A DNA stretch of 64,000 bases, taken from a virus. The notes under the pieces were generated by a model that was not told where the DNA came from, searched no databases, and saw only the letters and a list, made by a program, of their open reading frames with translations. The translations under genes were made by a program, and so were the position numbers. How positions within the stretch are numbered: the first letter of the stretch is position 1; each line of letters begins with the position of its first letter. Shown piece after piece: positions 1 through 9,137 of the stretch. The stretch spans positions 64,001 to 128,000 of the IMG/VR virus record IMGVR_UViG_3300043411_001575; one strand, given 5' to 3'.

Positions 1-44
1 TTCAATTCTATAAGTTCTATTGGAACTCTTTTTAGCGTTTTCAT

Positions 45-713
45 TTACACGATTTCGTTTTTAAATTTATCGAAGAAATATTTTGGAATTTCAGAATGTC
101 TTAACTTAACTTTTTCAGCTACTCCTCCTGATGATTCAATCTTCGAATCAAGTTTCGGTAATGCTGATTTTATTGCAGGGTATCCTCCCCAATTCGAATC
201 ATTATAAACCATTTTTGTTTTTGAATTAAATGGTAAAGACAAGTACCTTTCGTTTGTAGAAGGGTCTATTAAACCAACGAATTTAAAATTATTGTTATAA
301 GCCTTTTGTACGTTTGTTCCTCCTGCTGAATATCCTATAAGAGATGACGAACTTGTTTTATAATTATTATCAGAAAGATATTTTAAAGCTTCTGATTTTA
401 CTGATTCAAAAGATGATGTGTATGGAGCGAAAACAACAATTGCTTTAGATAATACTTCAATAGGAACTTGTTGCAACATCCAATCAGGAGTAGCAAAATC
501 AATACCTCCAAAAACATATATAAGTGGATAAGATTCTTTTTTTGATTTAGGAATTGAGATTAAAAGTTTACCGATTTTTTTTGTAGTATTACCTAATTCC
601 TGATTTTCTAAGTTGGAGTCATCTGATTTTTTTCTGAAAAATATTTTGTAAATACCATAGATACTAGCAAATGCAAAAGAACCAATTAATATATTTTTAC
701 CTGTCTTATTCAT
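45..713 (-). CDS. Membrane-anchored alpha/beta-hydrolase-like protein
   Basis: N-terminal hydrophobic segment; nucleophile-elbow motif GYSAG; later D and H residues. Confidence 0.5.
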   Translation of the reverse strand: MNKTGKNILIGSFAFASIYGIYKIFFRKKSDDSNLENQELGNTTKKIGKLLISIPKSKKESYPLIYVFGGIDFATPDWMLQQVPIEVLSKAIVVFAPYTSSFESVKSEALKYLSDNNYKTSSSSLIGYSAGGTNVQKAYNNNFKFVGLIDPSTNERYLSLPFNSKTKMVYNDSNWGGYPAIKSALPKLDSKIESSGGVAEKVKLRHSEIPKYFFDKFKNEIV

Positions 714-730
714 GCATCAAATATAAACAA

Positions 731-762
731 AAAACCTGAAACAATTAAGCTTCAGGTTTCTT
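731..762. terminator. Intrinsic terminator closing the tmRNA transcript
   Basis: Stem AAACCTGAA/TTCAGGTTT with a T-run on the minus strand. Confidence 0.7.
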
Positions 763-984
763 TTGAACCTCTTTCGAGGGCTGAGAATGTTCCCCACTAG
801 GGAAGATTAAGCAGCTAATTTTACTTCGCCATTTAAGACTTGTGAGTTTCTAATTTAGTTTTCCTTACGCTGTCAAAACCGTGCGCACCCATGTGTAATA
901 CTCATCATTGGTGGAAGCGGAGAGATTCGAACTCTCGTCCAAACATAACTATTAAAAAATTTCATGTATAAATACAAACGAAAC
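760..984 (-). ncRNA. ssrA: tmRNA, circularly permuted (two-piece) gene; outer ends approximate
   Basis: Minus strand reads GGACGAGAGTTCGAATCTCTCCGCTTCCACCA (940-909), an 18-nt spacer, then GGGTGCGCACGGTTTTGACAGC (from 890). Acceptor stem has G3-U70. Tag frame 830-807 = GEVKLAA*. Confidence 0.85.
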
Positions 985-990
985 TCGATG

Positions 991-998
991 CAAATATA
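991..998 (-). promoter_or_regulatory. Bacteroidota-type -7 element for tmRNA
   Basis: TATATTTG on the minus strand just upstream of the acceptor piece. Confidence 0.6.
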
Positions 999-1014
999 CA
1001 AAATTATTTGATTA

Positions 1015-1110
1015 GTAAAAAAAGAAAACCCCGCAATGGAGTGAGCGGGGCTTTCAAAGGCAAACCATCTAATTTTATACGGTCAAATACTAGAGAAGAT
1101 GATGTGGTTG
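1015..1110 (-). ncRNA. Candidate small RNA
   Basis: Minus-strand TACATTTG (1123-1116), ~95 nt without an ORF, then a GC hairpin (CCCCGC/GCGGGG) and T-run. Confidence 0.4.
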
Positions 1111-1297
1111 CGGTACAAATGTAGTAACATGATTCTAATCATTAAAAAATAAAATCAGTGCTTTATCAACATGGTTTTTAACATTCGTATTTATTGAATG
1201 CTTTTGTAAATGTTAATAATTATTTTTAAGTTCTATTTGAATATTAAAACTAACAACTTATTTTTGTTTTTCGGTCATATACAATTACAAAAAAAAC

Positions 1298-1780
1298 ATG
1301 GTGAAGAACAAAAATATTTATATGAATAAGCTGACCGCTATTGACAAGTCATTATTATACGGAAAGCCCGCTACAGTAAGAGAACTACTTGAAGGATTAC
1401 AAAGTAAAGTTTTTTCTAAATCTAGTAAAGAAGCTCCTATTACTATTTCAACAACAGGAGAAGTTACAGAATTATTAACAGTAGTATACAAGTGTACAGA
1501 CTGCGAATGCCTTCACTTAGATAGTGGATACAACATAAGTAATCATTATAGTGCGGGAGATGTTGTTTACATTGATAAATCAGATGAAGAAGATTGTGTA
1601 TCGATTGGAGAAATGATTTCTCTTATTGAAGAAGGAGATATTGATTTAGATAGCCCAATTATCATTTCATGCTCTATTGATAATAACAGCTTTCCAATGA
1701 CTATGCTTATTAAGTGTAGTGAATCGTGTCCATCTGCACATATAACATTTCATGTTAGTAACGAAATCATAATGAATTAA
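1298..1780 (+). CDS. Hypothetical protein, Cys/His-containing internal duplication
   Basis: ORF after TAnnTTTG at 1259-1266; two similar halves ending KCTDC..H and KCSESC...H. Confidence 0.65.
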   Translation: MVKNKNIYMNKLTAIDKSLLYGKPATVRELLEGLQSKVFSKSSKEAPITISTTGEVTELLTVVYKCTDCECLHLDSGYNISNHYSAGDVVYIDKSDEEDCVSIGEMISLIEEGDIDLDSPIIISCSIDNNSFPMTMLIKCSESCPSAHITFHVSNEIIMN

Positions 1781-1781
1781 A

Positions 1782-1973
1782 ATGAAAGAAATTAAAGAAG
1801 TCCTTCAACTCGAATCAATAGAAGAGTTGGAAAGTCAAATTAAAGAAAGACGAGAGCTTGGCACTAAGACACCAAGCTTTATACACACCTGTATTTTAAT
1901 GAATGAAATAATTAAAATAGAGCAAAGAGTTTTAGAAGTTAAAAGCAAATTAAACATCAAAAAAACAACATAA
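1782..1973 (+). CDS. Hypothetical protein
   Basis: Operon-packed ORF. Confidence 0.6.
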   Translation: MKEIKEVLQLESIEELESQIKERRELGTKTPSFIHTCILMNEIIKIEQRVLEVKSKLNIKKTT

Positions 1974-2386
1974 TGGAGAGTAGAGAAATTTTACCTGCAC
2001 AAAGAAGATTAAGTATTGAGAAAGCAGTTGAGCTTTACGGCACATTTGGAGATGGAGACCAATTTGAATCATTGGTAAATATTATTACAAATTATGAAAG
2101 AGCATTAAAGTCAGTTGAGGACAACTTCTACAAATGGAGGCTAGATAATACTAAATACTTTACAACTTACTTTAAATGGAATAGAGTAAAAGATGGAGAA
2201 TATGTTTCATTTGGTAAGTTTACTCATTTCAGTTTTTATGATAGACTGAAAAAGTATATCGATATACTACCAAAGGCAGAAGCGTTCTATGAAGAAAACA
2301 GAATAAGTAAGATTGAAGACATGAAAAAGCGAAACGAAAGAAGTGCTGACAATGGACAAAAAAATGAATTAGAAAAAAAAGATTAG
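1973..2386 (+). CDS. Hypothetical protein
   Basis: Operon-packed ORF. Confidence 0.65.
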   Translation: MESREILPAQRRLSIEKAVELYGTFGDGDQFESLVNIITNYERALKSVEDNFYKWRLDNTKYFTTYFKWNRVKDGEYVSFGKFTHFSFYDRLKKYIDILPKAEAFYEENRISKIEDMKKRNERSADNGQKNELEKKD

Positions 2387-2406
2387 TTTTACCAAAAATT
2401 AAAAAC

Positions 2407-2691
2407 ATGTTTATAGTAGAAGAAAAAGTTTATTTTAAGGGTACTGAAGATTACATAGTACCATTCGTTCAGGAAGAAAACTCAGAAGAACTAAAAAAAG
2501 TTCATTTCAAACCACAAACAACAAACATCCTTGCATTAGTTCAAGAAGATATAAAAATGGCTTTGATAAAGCATGAAGGAGGTTACGATATAAATACTTT
2601 CGTAGATTTAGAAATAGTTCCTGAGAGCTATCGTGATAGCGGATTAACTGCCATTTTAGTTGAAGAAGCTTTTTTAGAGAAAATAATGTAG
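2407..2691 (+). CDS. Hypothetical protein
   Basis: Operon-packed ORF. Confidence 0.65.
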   Translation: MFIVEEKVYFKGTEDYIVPFVQEENSEELKKVHFKPQTTNILALVQEDIKMALIKHEGGYDINTFVDLEIVPESYRDSGLTAILVEEAFLEKIM

Positions 2692-2709
2692 AAAAAAATA
2701 ATGGAGTAA

Positions 2710-3180
2710 ATGAAAAAAGAACAACAAGAAAAATTTGAACTGATTGCTAAAGAAGCTTTCAAAACATTTGGAGTTAAGTTTCAAAGAAACATGCTCGTAG
2801 AAGAATGTAGTGAACTTATAATGGCTATTCAAAAACTAAAAAGAGCTGAATATACAAATTGCAGTCCTATTGCATCTCAAAGAAAAAACAATCAAGCTAA
2901 TCTTATATCAAGAAAAGATAATCTAGTTGAAGAAATGGTAGATGTTTCAATCATCATTATGCAGTTTCATCTCTGTTCTTCTGACGCAGTAAAAAAGCGA
3001 TTCGATGATATTTTCGCTAGTAAAATGGAGCGATTAGATAAACGAACTAAAGAACATAAAAAGACTTTAACTTCAACAGTTAAATCAAAGAAAAAGAAGT
3101 CTCCCGCTAAAAAAGTCGCTTTAAAACCAAAGGACAAATTACCTAGAACTAAATTCAAAAAGGTAGCAATCAAAAAATAA
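2710..3180 (+). CDS. MazG-like nucleotide pyrophosphohydrolase with basic tail
   Basis: EECSELIMAIQK ... EEMVDV acidic motif pattern. Confidence 0.65.
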   Translation: MKKEQQEKFELIAKEAFKTFGVKFQRNMLVEECSELIMAIQKLKRAEYTNCSPIASQRKNNQANLISRKDNLVEEMVDVSIIIMQFHLCSSDAVKKRFDDIFASKMERLDKRTKEHKKTLTSTVKSKKKKSPAKKVALKPKDKLPRTKFKKVAIKK

Positions 3181-3251
3181 TAAAAACTGTTAATAACTTA
3201 TTTTTGTTATTAGTTGCATTATAACTATATTTGCATTTCATTAGCGGTCAA

Positions 3252-4307
3252 ATGAATCAAACTTTTAATAGTATTACATCAGAGGAACTTTGTAAAAAGC
3301 TTAGTATTAAAGATACTAGGTCTCTATTAACTACAGAAGGATTTCCTAAACCTTTATTCAATGAAGGCGAAATGCTATTTAGTAAAGAAGAAGTTTCGAA
3401 ATATTTTAACATTGAAAATATTGATGAGGCTTTTATAACTACTAAAGAAGCTGCTAAATATGTTAACTTAGGGACAGAACACCTTAAAAATTTAGCTTCT
3501 CAAAATAAAGTTCCTAGTTATAGGATGAAATCTGTAAAAGGGAGCGGTTATTTATTTAGAAAATCAGAACTAGACATTTTTTTGAAAACTGATGTTAAAG
3601 GTAATACCGAGTTCGTAAATTATTTTGTTGGCAATGAAATAATGAAAAACATTTTTTTAAATTACATTGAACTATACAGAAACGTAGTGACAATAAGGGA
3701 ACACGAGGTCGTTTATGAATATTTTTTTAACAGAAAAACATTTGTTGAAATAGGGAAACATTTTGATTTAACTCCAATTAGAGTACGTTCAATTTTTTAT
3801 AAAGCCATGAATAGGTTTAATAGAAAATTAACTACTCAAAACATGCTCGATATAGGTGAATTAGAAAGAAAAATAATTCAAAAGGACATTGAAATAAAAT
3901 ATTTGAGAGAATTGATATACGAAAAAAAATTGGCAAGTTCAGATGCCAAGCAGACTGAATTTAACGAGTATCAAAAAACGAAAACATGTGTTGATTTCCT
4001 ATCTAGGAATATTTTAGATGAAGACATAAGTGTTAGAGCATTAAACATATTAAGAGGTATTGACAAAATTAATATTTATGATATATTGGTCAACTTCAAT
4101 ACATTTAATAAAACAGCTAGACACCTTATTAAATTAAGAAATATGGGTAAAAGAACATGTAACGAATTAACTGAATTTATTATAGATAAAGAAAAAGAGT
4201 TTGAAATAGTAACAGGAGTGAGTTCTGAAGAGTTTTTTTCAGATAGACCAAAAACTCCTGAAAATCTATCTTTATTTTCAAAAATACACGCAAATTTTAA
4301 AAATTAA
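3252..4307 (+). CDS. Multidomain transcription regulator (HTH_17-like + sigma-70 region 4-like + RNAP alpha-CTD-like)
   Basis: ITTKEAAKYV..FRKSELD; KTFVEIGKHFDLTPIRVRSIFYKA; ISVRALNIL..LIKLRNMGKRTCNEL. ATG 3252 preferred because it follows the promoter at 3226. Confidence 0.6.
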   Translation: MNQTFNSITSEELCKKLSIKDTRSLLTTEGFPKPLFNEGEMLFSKEEVSKYFNIENIDEAFITTKEAAKYVNLGTEHLKNLASQNKVPSYRMKSVKGSGYLFRKSELDIFLKTDVKGNTEFVNYFVGNEIMKNIFLNYIELYRNVVTIREHEVVYEYFFNRKTFVEIGKHFDLTPIRVRSIFYKAMNRFNRKLTTQNMLDIGELERKIIQKDIEIKYLRELIYEKKLASSDAKQTEFNEYQKTKTCVDFLSRNILDEDISVRALNILRGIDKINIYDILVNFNTFNKTARHLIKLRNMGKRTCNELTEFIIDKEKEFEIVTGVSSEEFFSDRPKTPENLSLFSKIHANFKN

Positions 4308-4310
4308 TTT

Positions 4311-4589
4311 ATGACTGAAGAAGAAAAAACAATTTTATTTAATTTATTAGGGATAATTATTGTATTCGTAATATTAGGCTATTTTGCATTATGGATGGCA
4401 CGGAAGTCTTGGGACATATACGAGAATTTAGATAAATTAGAAAAAAGAGTATCTGTAGCGAAAAGCATTATAGAACTTGAAGAGTGTATTTCAGATATAG
4501 AAAAACTTAACTTGTTTCATCCTTCACATCACCAAGAGGTTCAAAAAATAAAGGATATGATAAAAGTTAAAATGCAATACTTAAATTAG
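4311..4589 (+). CDS. Hypothetical membrane protein
   Basis: N-terminal transmembrane helix. Confidence 0.6.
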   Translation: MTEEEKTILFNLLGIIIVFVILGYFALWMARKSWDIYENLDKLEKRVSVAKSIIELEECISDIEKLNLFHPSHHQEVQKIKDMIKVKMQYLN

Positions 4590-4592
4590 AAT

Positions 4593-5225
4593 ATGAAAGA
4601 AATCATTTACTACATCGTGATATTTGGAGTGTTCGCAGTAAATATTGCTGAACTTTATTTATCAAGAAAAGAAGATAATAATTGCTACAAATTAGTTTAT
4701 TTAAGAAGACCATTAGATTGGCTTTTAGCATTACTAGTTATCATTTGCCTTATTACATCTGTTGGATTATTATACCCATACATCCCTGAATTTCTTAAAT
4801 TCAGTTTATTTTCACTATTAGATAAAGATGGTACAAATGCAAATATTGAAATCATTAATAAATCAAATGATATATCGGTATATTTGACTATAATTATTTT
4901 CTTATTTTTCGCTTTACTATTACCTAAAGCAGCTTATTGGGAAGAACAAAAATTCAGGCAAGGTGATGAGAAATTCAGTCAATCTATTTTATCAAATATT
5001 AAATTTGGAATGATTCATTGCTTAATAGGTATTCCTGTTTACATTGGAATATTTTTGATAATCATTGGGTTTGTTTTAACTCTAAAATATTTAAGTACAT
5101 ACAGAAAAACAAATTCACACAAACTAGCTGTTGAATCAAGCACTAGTCTTCATGGAAAGTATAATATAATTCTAGTTTCAATATTAGCACTATCACTTAT
5201 ACTCAAAGAAGTTTATTCAAAATAA
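4593..5225 (+). CDS. CPBP (Abi/CAAX) family intramembrane metalloprotease-like protein
   Basis: Several TM segments; WEEQKFR, FGMIH and HGKYN motifs. Confidence 0.65.
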   Translation: MKEIIYYIVIFGVFAVNIAELYLSRKEDNNCYKLVYLRRPLDWLLALLVIICLITSVGLLYPYIPEFLKFSLFSLLDKDGTNANIEIINKSNDISVYLTIIIFLFFALLLPKAAYWEEQKFRQGDEKFSQSILSNIKFGMIHCLIGIPVYIGIFLIIIGFVLTLKYLSTYRKTNSHKLAVESSTSLHGKYNIILVSILALSLILKEVYSK

Positions 5226-5231
5226 AAAAAT

Positions 5232-5435
5232 ATGGAATACGAGAAAGTTAAATTTAAAGAGTTAAAAATTGGAGATAAATTTGAGTGCTATGGTGATTCA
5301 TTAATAAATTATGATTACCCTAAGATTTGTAAATGTATAAAAACAGGATTAGATACAGCAGAAGAAATAAATGGCGTTTCATTTTATGTAGATGATTCAT
5401 CAGAAGTTTTTACACCGTCAAAAGACAAAAAATAA
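5232..5435 (+). CDS. Hypothetical protein
   Basis: Operon-packed ORF. Confidence 0.6.
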   Translation: MEYEKVKFKELKIGDKFECYGDSLINYDYPKICKCIKTGLDTAEEINGVSFYVDDSSEVFTPSKDKK

Positions 5436-5449
5436 TTAAAAAAAATATA

Positions 5450-6202
5450 ATGGAGCAGTTTAAATTAAAATTAGAAAGACCAATTTGCTTTTATGATTTG
5501 GAAACCACAGGAATTAAACCGAGTGATAGAATAGTTTCTATAACGGTACTTAAAGTTTTTCCAAGCGGTGAAAAAGAAGTAAAATCTGCATTAGTTAATC
5601 CTGAGATGCCAATTCCGAAAGAAGCTAGTGATGTACATGGGATTCATGATGCAGACGTGGCAGATAAACCTACGTTTTCGAAAATATCAAAAAACTTAAA
5701 TAAGTTTATTGAAGGATGTGATATTGGAGGTTTCAATAACCGACAATTTGATGATATTATTCTTTGTGAAGAATTTGGTAGAGCTAATATTGTTTTTCCT
5801 GCTGTAGATGTGAGAAGTGTTGATGCTTGTACCATATTTAAAAAAATGGAACAAAGAACTCTTACCGCTGCTTACAAATTTTACTGTGATAAAACACTTG
5901 AAGATGCTCATAGTAGTGAAGCAGATACATTAGCTACATACGAAGTGTTCTTAGCTCAATTACAAAAGTATGAAGAGCTACAAGGTAAAACTATTGATGA
6001 AATTTCTAACTTCTGCAAACTTGATAATAGAGTTGATTTAGCAGGTAAAATAATCAAAAATGAAAATGGAGATTACCTGTATAACTTTGGGAAACACCAA
6101 AACCAAAAAGTTTTAGAAAATACTAGTTATGCAAATTGGATGCTAGACAACGACTTTTCAGGGAACACAAAAGCAGTTTTAAGAATGATTTTAAATAAAT
6201 AA
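5450..6202 (+). CDS. DEDDh 3'-5' exonuclease, DNA polymerase III epsilon-like
   Basis: YDLETTG, FNNRQFD, AHSSEADT; C-terminal FGKH motif. Confidence 0.9.
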   Translation: MEQFKLKLERPICFYDLETTGIKPSDRIVSITVLKVFPSGEKEVKSALVNPEMPIPKEASDVHGIHDADVADKPTFSKISKNLNKFIEGCDIGGFNNRQFDDIILCEEFGRANIVFPAVDVRSVDACTIFKKMEQRTLTAAYKFYCDKTLEDAHSSEADTLATYEVFLAQLQKYEELQGKTIDEISNFCKLDNRVDLAGKIIKNENGDYLYNFGKHQNQKVLENTSYANWMLDNDFSGNTKAVLRMILNK

Positions 6203-6205
6203 AAA

Positions 6206-6547
6206 ATGACAAAAACAAAAATTATAGCACTCCTTGACGAAAGAGATGCTTTATACAAAAAAGATAGTAATAGTAAACGAGTAGATGAAATACAAAAAGA
6301 AATTTCAAATGCTATTAAAAAGAATTTCGATAAATATGAAGTTGATTTCATTTTGGAAACGTGGACACGATTTGGTTCAGCCCCTTGTTTGATTTACGAT
6401 GACAATGGGATGTTTGCTGTTACAGGAGAGGGATACCAACCAATAGTGACAGGTAAAGAAAGAATTGAAGGTAATTTTACTGTTTTTGTAGAAAAAAAGC
6501 AATGGAAGAAAACAATAAGACAAGCACTTAAACACTTTATAAATTAA
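6206..6547 (+). CDS. Hypothetical protein
   Basis: Operon-packed ORF. Confidence 0.65.
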   Translation: MTKTKIIALLDERDALYKKDSNSKRVDEIQKEISNAIKKNFDKYEVDFILETWTRFGSAPCLIYDDNGMFAVTGEGYQPIVTGKERIEGNFTVFVEKKQWKKTIRQALKHFIN

Positions 6548-6557
6548 AAACAGAAAA

Positions 6558-7526
6558 ATGGAGAAAATAGATTTTACAAAAGAAGAGAGAACGATTATTG
6601 CTGATTTCATTCATGCAGTTAGTTCTGACACGTTAATTAAAACAGAAGCAATTGACTTAATCAATATTTTACATGCTCATGATTTAATTGAAGATAAATC
6701 AGATTTAGTTAAAAAAGTTGAAGCTCAAGATGATGGTATTGTTTCTGAATTAAAAACAATATTAACTACAAAGGTATCTAGCGAACAGGGTGGAGCTATT
6801 ATGGATGAATACTATGGTAGAGAGCCAAGACCTAATCAGGAAGAGTCTAAAGAAAAAGAACCTAAAAAACCACAACACTATAATTGGGGAGTGGGAAAAG
6901 AAGCGAACTCAAAAGCATGGAGAGACGTTAAAGTTCGTGGCGAAGATTACGAGTTGATTCATGGTGAGTTTCCGCACTCAAGACAGGATAATAATACTTA
7001 CGCAAGGAGCAAGGAAAATCCTGAAGAAATTTATGAATTTGATGGGCATAGACTTCCTTTTAAAATTGAAATAGAAGAAAGTAATTATATCAAACGCTCT
7101 GACCTAAGTGGAAATGAAATCAGAAAAGCTTGTAAAGGAAAATTATTTTTAAATGGAGTTCAAATTTATGAGTGTGGCGGACGTACATATGAATATACAT
7201 TCAAAAATATCGATAGATTCATTAATAGTATGGAAGAACAATGGTCTTGGTTTCCAAATAATTTGAATGAATACTTGGGTAAGTTAATTAAATATGAAGG
7301 TCAAATTTTTAAGATAGAAAGTTTCGTTGTCTCTCAAGCCTGTATGATTCTAGTTACTCCTGATGGAAAAGAAAGACAACCATTCGCTTCAGAAGTAGAA
7401 GATTTAGAAAATGGTAATTTTGACGGAGTAGATACATTGAAAGTGGAGATTAATAGCCCACATATTTGGTGGTTTTTAACCGAAAAAGAACTTGCGCAGT
7501 TTGAAGTTGGAGAGAAAGCGAATTAA
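6558..7526 (+). CDS. Hypothetical protein
   Basis: 322 aa ORF. Confidence 0.75.
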   Translation: MEKIDFTKEERTIIADFIHAVSSDTLIKTEAIDLINILHAHDLIEDKSDLVKKVEAQDDGIVSELKTILTTKVSSEQGGAIMDEYYGREPRPNQEESKEKEPKKPQHYNWGVGKEANSKAWRDVKVRGEDYELIHGEFPHSRQDNNTYARSKENPEEIYEFDGHRLPFKIEIEESNYIKRSDLSGNEIRKACKGKLFLNGVQIYECGGRTYEYTFKNIDRFINSMEEQWSWFPNNLNEYLGKLIKYEGQIFKIESFVVSQACMILVTPDGKERQPFASEVEDLENGNFDGVDTLKVEINSPHIWWFLTEKELAQFEVGEKAN

Positions 7527-7598
7527 TTATGTTTTGTAAAAAATAATCACTAAATTTAATGATGTTTTTTTCATTTTTATAATCTTAAAAAAATAAAC

Positions 7599-8045
7599 AT
7601 GTTATCTAAAATATTTAAGTCAGAAAAGTCCAAAGAAGATATAGTTCAAGAACATTATATCAACAAGATAAAGACTATCACAGAGCATTACAATGGGGTT
7701 AGAATAAATGAGACTCTAGTTGGTAAAATAAGTGTCATGAAAAAGATGAGTGATATATTTGAAAGTAACAAAGATTACTTAATGATTTCAAAATCTCTTC
7801 CAAGACCTAAAATATACACAACAGATGAGAATGGTGTTAAAAAGGAATTCTTTTTTAATAACCCATCTGAATGGCTAATTTATATCCATAAGGAGTACAA
7901 AGATGTTATTGAAAAGTTAAAAAAATATGAAGACGAAGAAAAAGAAAGGTATGAATATCTAAAAAACAAAATGAACGAAGATGCACTAGGAAAAAAACGT
8001 GAGTTTTTAATGGAATATGGTCTTTTACCTAAAAATACAAATTAG
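7599..8045 (+). CDS. Hypothetical protein
   Basis: 148 aa ORF. Confidence 0.65.
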   Translation: MLSKIFKSEKSKEDIVQEHYINKIKTITEHYNGVRINETLVGKISVMKKMSDIFESNKDYLMISKSLPRPKIYTTDENGVKKEFFFNNPSEWLIYIHKEYKDVIEKLKKYEDEEKERYEYLKNKMNEDALGKKREFLMEYGLLPKNTN

Positions 8046-8078
8046 AAATTATTATTAAAAAGCAATAAAAAAATAATT

Positions 8079-9056
8079 ATGAATAACGCTACAAAGATTG
8101 AAATAATCATGGATAAGCTTTCGAAAGAAAGACAAAACCACATTAACGCCTTAATAGAGGGAGCTATTAACAAAATTAAAAATAATTCTAATCAAAATAC
8201 GACTTATAATTTAGAAATAACAGAACGATTTGATAAAGAAGAACCTTTTCAATTTGTTTGGTTATCACTAAGTTTTTCAATTCAAAATTTGGGGTTTGCA
8301 ATACCTACTCCTAATGGAATGGCTAATGCAATAGGTACTAATTTAGTAATAACAGATATTGAAATATATCCTCAATCAGATATTGATGGATGGCTAGACC
8401 ACGTTAAAAGAATTAAAGAACAAGAAGCAACTAATCTACTGAAAGAAGCTGAAGTTAAAAATAACGCTTCTAATAATAAAAACATAGATAACAAAGTAGA
8501 AGTTGACACGGATGACGAAGATGATAGAATGGATGAACAAAAAGCTGTTGAAGAATTAGAATGGCTATTCACTCCTCTTTTTTCTTCTCCATTCCCTAAA
8601 GAATATTCTACTGACGAATACATTAAAATATTCCAAAGATATTCCTCTATTTTTGCTAATAGAATTATAAGTGGATTCATAAATATTCAAGACGAACCAA
8701 TTCAATCGATAAAAAATAAAATTGATGAAGCCTTAATTATGCTCACTTCTGAATTCGACAAATGCGACTTTACTAAATTCAGTAAAGAACAATTAGAGCA
8801 ATTAGGTTTTGTTAATTGGAGAAATAAAACTTTAATGATTCCTATTTGGGCTTATCCAATAATTCTAAAAAACAATAATGGTTTAATTGTAATAGATGTG
8901 CAAGGAGAAGAATGGGTAATTGGTAAGGAATATATTTTCACTGAAGACAAGAATGGAGCTATGATGGTGGGAATTCCTTTCAAAAAAGTTAAATCAGAAG
9001 TTTTTGATTCTACAATTGATACTTACGAAATTATCGCTGAATATAAAAGGAATTAA
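8079..9056 (+). CDS. Hypothetical protein
   Basis: 325 aa ORF. Confidence 0.75.
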   Translation: MNNATKIEIIMDKLSKERQNHINALIEGAINKIKNNSNQNTTYNLEITERFDKEEPFQFVWLSLSFSIQNLGFAIPTPNGMANAIGTNLVITDIEIYPQSDIDGWLDHVKRIKEQEATNLLKEAEVKNNASNNKNIDNKVEVDTDDEDDRMDEQKAVEELEWLFTPLFSSPFPKEYSTDEYIKIFQRYSSIFANRIISGFINIQDEPIQSIKNKIDEALIMLTSEFDKCDFTKFSKEQLEQLGFVNWRNKTLMIPIWAYPIILKNNNGLIVIDVQGEEWVIGKEYIFTEDKNGAMMVGIPFKKVKSEVFDSTIDTYEIIAEYKRN

Positions 9057-9137
9057 TTTAATTGTTAAAATTATACTTATTATTGATATTAATCTCAATT
9101 TTATTGTTATATTTGTAGTTCAAAATACGGTCAAATT

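Noticed and set aside
909-940. Stand-alone tRNA or attP tRNA remnant
   Set aside because: No D-arm or anticodon arm upstream; it pairs with the downstream tmRNA 5' end and a tag frame is present
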